From positions 25,047 through 89,046 of the forward strand of contig JANRIL010000017.1 of NCBI GenBank assembly GCA_033764955.1: a stretch of 64,000 bases of DNA, read 5' to 3'. Numbering within the stretch: the stretch's first letter is position 1; each line of letters opens with the position of its first letter. Source of the stretch: Cyanobacteriota bacterium. Lineage in GTDB: Bacteria; Cyanobacteriota; Cyanobacteriia; Thermostichales; Thermostichaceae. This document shows positions 20,308 to 28,484 of this stretch, in pieces. The position numbers and the translations under genes were made by a program. Below the pieces are notes generated by a model. That model did no database searches. It was given only the letters and a program-made list of their open reading frames with translations, and was not told the origin of the DNA.

Positions 20308-21573
20308 CTATCTCATCAACACCCGCATTATAATCGCCAGTGCCCCTAACCCAATCCCAACAAGCGCTGGCACCAAACGATCACCCAAAATTCGCAACTT
20401 TGCATTCATCGGTAGCTTCCCTGTTTCCCAGTAAACCCAGTCATCTCCTAACTGGCTTGCTAACTCTAAATTGCCTGAAATCAGGAGAACGATACCATTA
20501 CCCGTAGCAGGATTGACCCGCACCGTATGCCCTAGCGCAGGCAAATTCCCCCCATCATGACCTACCGCATACTCATCAATGCCATTAGCAACATACAAGG
20601 TATGCCCTAAACCCCAATCTTGATGTGCCCCTGGCTGAGGCTGAATCATTTGGTTTAGTGTTTCTTGTTTTAGAACTAAGTTCTTTCGGCTATAAGCTTG
20701 AACGAAGCGAGCCATATCTTGAGGGGTTGCATAAAGGGATGCCGCTGCTGTAGCTGTATATCGACGGTGAGGACTCGGTTGAAGTTCTTCATCGAAGCTA
20801 GTTGCTAGCTTATCTGCACGACCAGAAGCAGCGATCGCCTCCCAGTCAAAGCTTGATTTTTCCATGCCCAAAGGCTGCAAGATAGCCTTTTCCATATAGT
20901 CCGAAAAAGACCGTTGGGTAACTTCCTCAATTAATAATTGCAAGACTGTATAACCCCCACCGGAATATAGCCAGTTTCGTCCAGGCTCTCTAGCAACTGT
21001 GACACCACGAGATTTTCCTGACGTAGAATCCTTAGTCAAAGTCAGCGATTCTTCAAGGGATTGAATCGACTCACCTGGCAGAAAACCAGCATAGCCAAAA
21101 AGATCGTCTAATCCCCCTGTATGACTTAACAGATGTCTAATAGTTACCTTATCGCTATATTGACTCACGGGAAATTTCCAGCGTTTTAGGTACTGGTTTA
21201 CAGGTTTATCTAAAGCAATTGTTCCATCTTCTACGAGCTTCATAATTCCCCAGGCAGTGATCATCTTACTCACAGATGCCATCTGGTAGAGTGTCCGATC
21301 AATCTCGACGGGAGATTTTTTTTCGGCATTTGCAATTCCAAAAGGATGGGCTGCAACGACTTCACCCTTTTGAATCAGAATAAGAGCCGCACTACCCAGT
21401 TTCGGCTTACCTAGTTGGCTCAGTTTTTGGATCAAGTAGTTTTCGATGGTCACCAAATCCCCGCGCGGTGCCGCTGGACGGGCGATCCAAAACACTTCAA
21501 CAATGACAATCCCAATGACAGTCACAGCCCAAAGTATTATCCAGCCTATCGTCGTGAAGATCTTGATACTCAT
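20308..21573 (-). CDS. Serine hydrolase, beta-lactamase class C/PBP family, carried as a gene cassette
   Basis: ASVSK (SxxK), HLLSHTGG, WLYSGGG and GHDGG motifs; N- and C-terminal TM helices; flanked by attC sites. Confidence 0.9.
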   Translation of the reverse strand: MSIKIFTTIGWIILWAVTVIGIVIVEVFWIARPAAPRGDLVTIENYLIQKLSQLGKPKLGSAALILIQKGEVVAAHPFGIANAEKKSPVEIDRTLYQMASVSKMITAWGIMKLVEDGTIALDKPVNQYLKRWKFPVSQYSDKVTIRHLLSHTGGLDDLFGYAGFLPGESIQSLEESLTLTKDSTSGKSRGVTVAREPGRNWLYSGGGYTVLQLLIEEVTQRSFSDYMEKAILQPLGMEKSSFDWEAIAASGRADKLATSFDEELQPSPHRRYTATAAASLYATPQDMARFVQAYSRKNLVLKQETLNQMIQPQPGAHQDWGLGHTLYVANGIDEYAVGHDGGNLPALGHTVRVNPATGNGIVLLISGNLELASQLGDDWVYWETGKLPMNAKLRILGDRLVPALVGIGLGALAIIMRVLMR

Positions 21574-21667
21574 GCTTTTGAAGAAAATCTGGTGAGGAAA
21601 AGAGTGAGAGCGTTCACTTCAAGCGCAGTACAAGGTTTAATATTTATCTCCCATCCAAGGGTGAGCG

Positions 21668-21798
21668 GTATAACGCCCGGCATCACCGGCGCGGGAACGG
21701 GAACAGGCGAAAGCTTCCACGTGGAATCTAGTTCGGGATGCTGGCTGAGTCCCCCGCAAGGAGCCATGCCCCGCGTCCGGTGCATGCCGTTGTTAGGC
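21668..21798 (-). mobile_element. attC site 2 (canonical)
   Basis: Minus strand: R'' GCCTAAC-aacgg-L'' CATGCACC-ggAcgcgg...ccgcgcc-L' GGTGATG-ccgggc-R' GTTATAC. This is an imperfect palindrome with two extrahelical bases, 11 nt after the NYN stop. Confidence 0.9.
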
Positions 21799-21809
21799 TG
21801 GCGCACTTT

Positions 21810-22367
21810 CTACGGATTGAACAATAATTCATCGAGTAGACAATTGAAGTCGCTAGCAAGACGCAACGCGGGGCTCAATCCATCGGAAACAAACCATACG
21901 CCGACGCGAGCTCCTTCTCCTTGCACGGCTCTCACGAGCGGTACATAATCTTCATCACCTGCCACAAGTACGGCTACATCATAATGCTTCCGCATGCCGT
22001 GGACTAGCATGTCTGTTGCTAAGGTTATATCAACCCGCTTTGACCCCTTTCCTCTATGTTTCTTGAACACGCGCGGCGTTTCAATGCCCATATCCTTGAG
22101 CCGTTGCTCGACTTCGCTAAGCCTTGGTTGATCACCTTGCACTGCGGTGTAGTAATACTTCCGCATGATAGCGGGCGTGTTAAGGCCTTCAAGGTTGAGT
22201 TCCGCAGTCCAAACAAAAATGCCAGGCACGTACTGAACCCGACCAACAGGAGCTGAATTGCGCTGCTTCAGCATGGCGCCGTAACGAATCGCCAGGTTTT
22301 CTCCATCCACAAATATCATTGCTCTTGCGAGATCAGCTGTATAAGGAAGTAAGAAGGGCATCAGCAT
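21810..22367 (-). CDS. NYN-domain (LabA/DUF88, PIN-like) nuclease, carried as a gene cassette
   Basis: IFVDGENL, KRVDITLATDM and VLVAGDEDYVP acidic active-site motifs. Confidence 0.9.
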   Translation of the reverse strand: MLMPFLLPYTADLARAMIFVDGENLAIRYGAMLKQRNSAPVGRVQYVPGIFVWTAELNLEGLNTPAIMRKYYYTAVQGDQPRLSEVEQRLKDMGIETPRVFKKHRGKGSKRVDITLATDMLVHGMRKHYDVAVLVAGDEDYVPLVRAVQGEGARVGVWFVSDGLSPALRLASDFNCLLDELLFNP

Positions 22368-22415
22368 TACCTTGAATTGCGAGAACAAAGTCGAACAGAA
22401 TCATTGCGTGCGACA

Positions 22416-22502
22416 GCCTAGCGACCACATTGAGCTGCCGCGGATAAGCTAATAACTCCCACAAAAACCCTCTCGGCAGTCGGCTCCAACGACTGGTGAT
22501 AC
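22416..22502 (-). mobile_element. attC-like site 3 with mutated core triplets
   Basis: Minus strand reads GTATCAC-cagtcgttggagccgactgccg...cggcagctcaatgtggtc-GCTAGGC. The arms pair, but AAC has become CAC and GTT has become GCT. Confidence 0.75.
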
Positions 22503-22642
22503 CGCGGTGCTAATCTCCACTAATTTTCACTAGCTGGTCCCTATTCAAGTAATAGCTATGAACTACTAGGATATTCTACAAGGTTAGCTTATTGAGAATA
22601 GAGCGCCTCGAAAATATAGGGGTGCTTGTTGAGAATAGCCTG

Positions 22643-22766
22643 GTATAACGTGGTTAATTTTCGCAATATGGCAATTAATCGAGGTTCTCAATAGATAACC
22701 TAGACTGAGGGTTGTAGACTTCGTTCATCCTCAATAAATACCTTACTGAATTTGTCAGCGTTACCC
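22643..22766 (-). mobile_element. Possible degenerate attC (or attI-like) site 4 at the head of the array
   Basis: Minus strand reads GGGTAAC...GTTATAC with only weak internal pairing; its GTTATACC matches the GTGATACC end of the preceding unit. Confidence 0.4.
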
Positions 22767-22803
22767 ATAACGCACTACCGATCAACTAGCAAAAACCTCT
22801 CTC

Positions 22804-23835
22804 CTAGGGGAGGTTAAGTTGGGTAGTGCTGCCCCCTCGCACCGCCACAGTATTAGCTTGCCAGTTGATAGTAGCGGAACTACCGCGCACGGAGAGGTTT
22901 TGGTTGGGTTGTTGGTAGGCAACATTCCCTTGCGCCTCTACCACTGTCGAGCCGACCTGCCAGGTCATCTGCCCCGCTTCCACCCGCAGTTGACTTTTAT
23001 CCGAGCGTCCAACCACATTGCCCGTTACCACAATCTGCTGAGGAGGCCAAGGAGAGGTCATCCGATCCCCCTGTAGGTTTAACTGCTGTTCAGGATCGAC
23101 AATTTCAACAGATCCCTGCGCTTGCAGTGATTGCTGAGCTAGGTCAAACCCAACGGTGGTGGCTGCTACTTGTAGGTTGGGCTGACTGACACTTCCCCGC
23201 ACCGGCTCTCCGGAGGAGTTGGCTAAGGTGATTTGCTGGTCAGCAAAATTGACGGTTAAGCGATCAGATTGCAACTGCCATCTGCTAGCGGATCCCTCAG
23301 CCTGAAGATTTTGCTGCAAGATGACTTGACCGGTAGCGGTCAAGAGATTCTCTTCGGGCAACCATTCCACCCGATCCGCCTGCACCTCCACCTGATCGTG
23401 GGCGGAAAGCACACGGACGGATCCCGTCAGTTCCAGCCTTTTGTCGAGGGGATAGACGGATCCGCGATCCGCCAGCATGGTGATGGCACGGTTTTGGGGA
23501 TCATAAAACTCCCCTGCCACAGTTTCTAAGCTAGCTGAAACTCCTTCGTTGTCGTAAGTAGCCTGTTGAGCGCTCACCTTCCACAAGATACGTCCATTGG
23601 GTTGAGATTCCGTCAGGGTAATGTTTTGGTAGGTGAGGTTGGGGCTAGCGGATCCGGCAACGCTCTCCGTTGTGGACGGGTTGGACTCCGGCAATGGGGG
23701 GGCACAAGCTGCCAGCATGGTCAGCAGCAGACCCAAGCTGCTCATTCGCCAAGAATTGTCCATCTTGCTGATCATCCCTTCGTCCTGATGCCTCAAGCCT
23801 ATACTGTTGGCGGAGATAACCGGATCCCTGCTCAT
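22804..23835 (-). CDS. LPS export LptC/LptA(OstA)-like lipoprotein
   Basis: LAAC lipobox, GRILWKVSAQQATY, and repeated beta-jellyroll (G-x-V) segments; start uncertain. Confidence 0.75.
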   Translation of the reverse strand: MSRDPVISANSIGLRHQDEGMISKMDNSWRMSSLGLLLTMLAACAPPLPESNPSTTESVAGSASPNLTYQNITLTESQPNGRILWKVSAQQATYDNEGVSASLETVAGEFYDPQNRAITMLADRGSVYPLDKRLELTGSVRVLSAHDQVEVQADRVEWLPEENLLTATGQVILQQNLQAEGSASRWQLQSDRLTVNFADQQITLANSSGEPVRGSVSQPNLQVAATTVGFDLAQQSLQAQGSVEIVDPEQQLNLQGDRMTSPWPPQQIVVTGNVVGRSDKSQLRVEAGQMTWQVGSTVVEAQGNVAYQQPNQNLSVRGSSATINWQANTVAVRGGSTTQLNLP

Positions 23836-24015
23836 GTTTATATCTTGGATTGTTCCCTCACTCTAGCCAATCCTGACCAGGGATCCCTATCAGGTCTGGG
23901 TTTGTGGCTCTGTGATTAACGGACGGATTGCCAGGGCTGAGTCTGCCTGCTCTGATGGCGAGTGTTAGGATAGGTTACGAAGCGTATTCATCCATCGGCA
24001 GAGGGTTTATCCGGC

Positions 24016-24831
24016 ATGTTTCTGACCACCAGCCCCTACTTTCTCATGGCCGCGTTGACTGCGTTAGCCAGTGGTGGCATTTTTGCAATCCGCTACATTA
24101 AGCCGGAGGCCGCCCGTGAGTATGACGTGATCTTTGCCACGATGGGTCTGATTTATGCAGGCTGCCTCCTCCTGGAAGGACAACGCCTCATTCCTTTACT
24201 ATTTTTTGCCCAAGTATTGTTGGCCGTGATGGCGGGTTGGTTTGCTCTAGAAACCTTTCGCTTGCGCTTGCAGTTAATGGAAAAATCCAAGCAAGTTGTC
24301 GGCAAAGGAGGGCGACGAGAAGGGTTTAATCGCACCTATCGACCCAATGAGTATGAATCCGGTCGCACCGTGAGTACCCGCCGTGGTGATGCCCGCATGC
24401 GCGATGGTGCCGGCAGTCGCACCATTGCCAGCCGTGATAACGGGGATCCCCGCCATCCTCCCGCCCGTCGCCGTCCCCCGCAGTTGACCGCCGATACGAC
24501 GGTTGCTCCACGCCGCTCCCCCAAACCTGCTCCGTTGGAAGACGACATCGATACCTATGAGGGAGAGGAGTATGACCGTTGGGAGGACAGAGATAACAGT
24601 CCGCCTCCCCCTTCAGAGCGTCGCCCTGCTGGTAGCAGACCCCGTCCCCCTGCTGATGATAATTTTGGGGAAGAGGATGCTCCCCGTTCTGAGCGCTCCG
24701 ATAGCCCTGCGGCAGGATCCCGTCGCCGTCCGCCCCGTCTTCCTGATCAAGGGGAACCCGAAAACCGTCCGCCCCGCCGCGTCATCCAGGTGGAGCCTGT
24801 GATTGAGGATAACGATGAGGATGATGTATAG
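24016..24831 (+). CDS. ycf66: Ycf66-family protein
   Basis: KPEAAREYDVIF, QRLIPLLFFAQ and ETFRLR in the N-terminal domain; long Arg/Pro/Asp-rich disordered tail. Confidence 0.8.
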   Translation: MFLTTSPYFLMAALTALASGGIFAIRYIKPEAAREYDVIFATMGLIYAGCLLLEGQRLIPLLFFAQVLLAVMAGWFALETFRLRLQLMEKSKQVVGKGGRREGFNRTYRPNEYESGRTVSTRRGDARMRDGAGSRTIASRDNGDPRHPPARRRPPQLTADTTVAPRRSPKPAPLEDDIDTYEGEEYDRWEDRDNSPPPPSERRPAGSRPRPPADDNFGEEDAPRSERSDSPAAGSRRRPPRLPDQGEPENRPPRRVIQVEPVIEDNDEDDV

Positions 24832-24857
24832 GTCATTTTTGCCAGACTAGCCCACTG

Positions 24858-24888
24858 GGGATCCCTTGCATCTAGGGATCCCATTTTT
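24858..24888 (+). terminator. Hairpin built from two GGGATCCC copies, followed by a T run
   Basis: GGGATCCCT-tgcatct-AGGGATCCC-ATTTTT lies between convergent ycf66 and asparaginase genes. Confidence 0.55.
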
Positions 24889-24901
24889 CTTCAAGACACT
24901 T

Positions 24902-25855
24902 TCAAGACATGGGTAGCTCTCCTTGCACCTCAAGGCGGGTATAGCTGCCCAACTGAACAAATCGCTCCGAGAGAGATTCAGCCGCAGATGGAGAAATCCA
25001 CCCCATTTGGCGTAACAGGTGAATCGCTAGGGCATATTTGGCGCGGGAGGCTCCATCAGCCACCTTGATCGCCAGTCCTAGTCCCTCTCCCACCCGCCCA
25101 ATACATTGGATCCCTTCCGCTCCCGACTTACTGACCAGATCTCCCTGGGTAAATCTCATCAACTCCGTATCAAAATGTCCGGATCCCGCCACCATATCCG
25201 GGTGATGGGTCATCGAGCGGGTGAGTGACTCCAGTTCAGGACGATAGCCTGCGGTCAACTGAGCATAGAGACTGGCCATCTGCCCCAACTGCAATTGATA
25301 GGTGGGCACCCCACAATCATCACGGGCGGAGAGAAATTCGTCGGCGGGCATGTGCAAAAGATCCGCCAGTTGGGAGCGAATCAACACCTGCACGGGATGG
25401 TGGCGATTTGCATAATCGTGCAAACTCCAGTTTTGGGTACGGCAGGCCATCAACATGCCAGCGTGCTTACCGGAGCAGTTGTGACAAAGGGCACTGGGCT
25501 TGCCCACCGGAATCGGACAGGTGAGATGTTCGGGTTCCAGATCGGCTCGCCACAGCATCCCAAAGACCTGACGGGCATGGGTCATCGTTCCCTGATGGGA
25601 TCCACACAAAATCGCCAGATCCCGCTCAGAAAGGTGATAGCGCTCTCGAATGCCCGCCGATAAGACCGCCATTGCCTGAAAGGGCTTGAGGCTGGATCGG
25701 GCAAATACCTCCGTAGTTGGACTCCCCGCCCCTGTCAATGGTCGCCCCCGCTCATCCGCCACAATCGCCTGACAATAATGCACCGATTCAAGCAGCCCTT
25801 CTCGCAACAGATGAACCGAGAGCGGAGAGTTAAAAGATCGAGAGTCGAATGACAT
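24902..25855 (-). CDS. L-asparaginase II family protein
   Basis: RSSLKPFQA, CGSHQG, HNCSGKHAG and SKSGAEG motifs. Confidence 0.9.
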   Translation of the reverse strand: MSFDSRSFNSPLSVHLLREGLLESVHYCQAIVADERGRPLTGAGSPTTEVFARSSLKPFQAMAVLSAGIRERYHLSERDLAILCGSHQGTMTHARQVFGMLWRADLEPEHLTCPIPVGKPSALCHNCSGKHAGMLMACRTQNWSLHDYANRHHPVQVLIRSQLADLLHMPADEFLSARDDCGVPTYQLQLGQMASLYAQLTAGYRPELESLTRSMTHHPDMVAGSGHFDTELMRFTQGDLVSKSGAEGIQCIGRVGEGLGLAIKVADGASRAKYALAIHLLRQMGWISPSAAESLSERFVQLGSYTRLEVQGELPMS

Positions 25856-25899
25856 GGAGGGGAATTATAGATAGCTTATCCAGAGTAAAACCATTCTCA

Positions 25900-26553
25900 T
25901 CACTCTACAGCAGTTGCTTCCGTCCTGCCTGAGGGATCTCGGTGAGCCTGGTGTTGGGTGTAGTCACGGATTTGCTCAATGGTCAACAGACAGCGAAAGG
26001 GAAGACCCGCCGCTTGATAGCGTTCCTGTCCGCCCTCCTGCCGATCCACCAAGGCCAAAATTCCCCCCACCCGATAACCCGCCTCCGCCACCCGTTCTGC
26101 CGCTTGCAGGGCGGATCCCCCCGTAGTTACCACATCCTCCAAAATCCAGATTAAGGTTCCCACCTCTAGGGTCGGGCCTTCTAGCCAAGCCTGGGTGCCG
26201 TGGCCTTTTGGTTGCTTGCGGACAATCAGGGCGGGCAGATTGTGGAGATGACCTCTCTCATAAACGGAAGCCAAACTGACCGCCGACACCAAGGGATCCG
26301 CCCCCAGGGTCATGCCTGCTACTGCCTGGGTTTCGGGGGGCAAGAGAGCCAGCAATAACTCCCCCACCAAGAACCCTCCCTGCGGATGCAACATGACGGG
26401 CTTGCAGTTGATGTAATAGTCACTCTGCCGACCGGAGGTGAGGGTAAAGGATCCCTGCCGATAGGACAACTGACTGATCAGCCACAACAACGACTGTCGT
26501 TGTTGGGCGGGCGAAAGCTGAAGGGGAGAATCGGGCAAAAGCAGTAGCGTCAT
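25900..26553 (-). CDS. pyrE: Orotate phosphoribosyltransferase
   Basis: FTLTSGRQSDYY, VRKQPKGHGT and LEDVVTTGGS motifs. Confidence 0.93.
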   Translation of the reverse strand: MTLLLLPDSPLQLSPAQQRQSLLWLISQLSYRQGSFTLTSGRQSDYYINCKPVMLHPQGGFLVGELLLALLPPETQAVAGMTLGADPLVSAVSLASVYERGHLHNLPALIVRKQPKGHGTQAWLEGPTLEVGTLIWILEDVVTTGGSALQAAERVAEAGYRVGGILALVDRQEGGQERYQAAGLPFRCLLTIEQIRDYTQHQAHRDPSGRTEATAVE

Positions 26554-26809
26554 GTGTCGATTTTACGATCCTTTCCGATAGCAGGGATCCCTCTCATCTC
26601 CACACCGCTGGCGGAGATTGAAGGGAGTATTCATCGAGTAATGTAAACCGGATATGTCTAGATATTGCGGTCTGTGAAAAATCCCAATAATTCGCAACCT
26701 GCAAACTTATAGTGAGGGGAAGCGGTAATTTTCAAGCATTCTCGACCGTAGTCATTTTATCTTGCCAACACCTTGCCAAAGGTGATCTAGGATTGTTGGA
26801 GAATTTTTT

Positions 26810-27652
26810 ATGTCGCGTTTTCAAAACATTATTGTAGCGGTGGATGGCTCAGGTTCTTCTGAGCAAATGACCCAAACATTGCTTAAATTGCCGTTATTTG
26901 GCGGTTCAAAAATCACTCTGCTACACGCCGTTCCCTCGCAAATCTCGGCAGAACAGATGCGGAGTGCCTGGGAAAAGGGGCAAAAAGTGCTGGCGGCAGC
27001 CTTGGATGGGTTGGTGGTGCAGCCAGGAGTGCCGGTAACCACTCAGTTGATCGAAGGGGATCCCAAGGTGGTGGTTTGTGACGTGGCGCAGTCGTTACCG
27101 GATCCGTTAATTGTCATGGGATCCCGTGGGCAAAATCGGCTGGCCGCCATTCTACAAAACTCCGTCAGTCAATATGTGTTTCAGTTGGCCTCTTGCCCGA
27201 TGCTACTGGTCAAAGACGATATCTTTATCAAGCAGACCAACCGAGTTTTGGTGGCGCTGGATGGCTCGGCGGGTGCTCAACGAGCCTTTGAACTGGCGGT
27301 GATGTTGATCCGCGATGTGCCAGGAGGACAACTGTCGCTGGTGAAAGTTCAATTGGATACCAACAATGTTTCCGATGACCCCATCCTGACCAAGGCGATA
27401 GATACTCTAAAGCGGCAGCATATTGCCCATCGGGTTTTTACGGCGATTGGGGATCCCGGTACGGAAATTATCCGCGTGGCGGGGGAAAGTGGAGCCGATT
27501 TGTTGGTCATGGGATCCCCGGATCGCCGCCCCAGCGTGGCTCGTAATCTGCCCGATTTGGATCGCTTGTTGGGCAAATCCACTTCTGACTATGTGCGGGT
27601 TCATGCCGAGTGTCCGGTGTTGATGGTGCGCTCTAGCCAGGATAAAGATTAG
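26810..27652 (+). CDS. Tandem universal stress protein
   Basis: Two USP domains (IIVAVDGS...MGSRG...SVS; VLVALDGS...MGS...CPVL). Confidence 0.92.
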   Translation: MSRFQNIIVAVDGSGSSEQMTQTLLKLPLFGGSKITLLHAVPSQISAEQMRSAWEKGQKVLAAALDGLVVQPGVPVTTQLIEGDPKVVVCDVAQSLPDPLIVMGSRGQNRLAAILQNSVSQYVFQLASCPMLLVKDDIFIKQTNRVLVALDGSAGAQRAFELAVMLIRDVPGGQLSLVKVQLDTNNVSDDPILTKAIDTLKRQHIAHRVFTAIGDPGTEIIRVAGESGADLLVMGSPDRRPSVARNLPDLDRLLGKSTSDYVRVHAECPVLMVRSSQDKD

Positions 27653-27662
27653 TTGGGTGGGT

Positions 27663-28418
27663 TCAGGTTAGGTTGGCCGGGTCGATTCCCAATTCCTGTA
27701 ACTTAGCGGCTAAGGCATCGGCTCGTTGTCGCTCCTGCTCGGCACGCTGTCGCTCCTGAAGAGCCTGTTCAGAACTCCACAGCAAAAGATGGCCATTGGG
27801 ATCCCACCAGCGTAGCCAATGGGTGACTTGCCCCAATCGCTCCCCGTGCCAGATACCTAACCATAGCTGGAGAGCCGGGATCCAGAAACGCCCCTCGGCA
27901 TTCGGTCGCTGAGCCTGATAGCAACCGTCGATGAGTTGGCGTACCTCTAAACGGAAGCGGTAGGGATCATAGGTAACATAGGTGGCAACCTGGAGAATTT
28001 GCTCGTAGAAGTAAAGCTTGCCAAAGGGGGGAGTGGAGCGGATCGACAATTCTCCACCGTCGGTTTCGGAGAGAAACTCCATGACGATCTCAACGGTTGA
28101 CCCCTCGGCGTGGGGAGCATAGCTACGGCGAATGGTTCCGGCGGCAACCGGATGGGCAGATGGAACGTAAAACCAGTCAGGAGCCTTGACCACCCATTTG
28201 TCGTCGATGGTTGCCACCAAAGCAAAGTTGGTTCCCATCAACATCTGAGGCTGAATCCGGCCTGCGGATCCTAGAGCATCGGTTAAGGCGGCGGCAAGGG
28301 CAGGTTGTTGGAGGTTTTCCACCGGCTCATCTGGTAGCACAACATCATGGGGAAGCGCTTCCCACCGAATGCTGGGTTCGTTTTGCTGAGGAAGAACGGG
28401 AGCAAGGGGTGGAACCAT
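27663..28418 (-). CDS. Uma2-family (DUF820) endonuclease-like protein
   Basis: KAPDWFYV, IVMEFLS, YVTYDP and WLRWWD motifs; QERQRAE tail repeats. Confidence 0.9.
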   Translation of the reverse strand: MVPPLAPVLPQQNEPSIRWEALPHDVVLPDEPVENLQQPALAAALTDALGSAGRIQPQMLMGTNFALVATIDDKWVVKAPDWFYVPSAHPVAAGTIRRSYAPHAEGSTVEIVMEFLSETDGGELSIRSTPPFGKLYFYEQILQVATYVTYDPYRFRLEVRQLIDGCYQAQRPNAEGRFWIPALQLWLGIWHGERLGQVTHWLRWWDPNGHLLLWSSEQALQERQRAEQERQRADALAAKLQELGIDPANLT

Positions 28419-28484
28419 ACGGAAGGGATCCCGAATCAGGGCTTGTGGATCATCTTAGCCCCCGCTCTAGGCAGGAGGGGATCC

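Noticed and set aside
21415..21948. 177-aa plus-strand ORF and 78-aa minus-strand ORF (21570-21806)
   Set aside because: They run through the attC palindrome and overlap real cassette genes; these are shadow frames.
20216..22773. Complete integron
   Set aside because: No tyrosine recombinase ORF is present in the window and attI cannot be identified with confidence, so it is called CALIN-like only.
27715..27770. QERQRAE repeats in the Uma2 protein
   Set aside because: A routine feature of cyanobacterial Uma2 tails.
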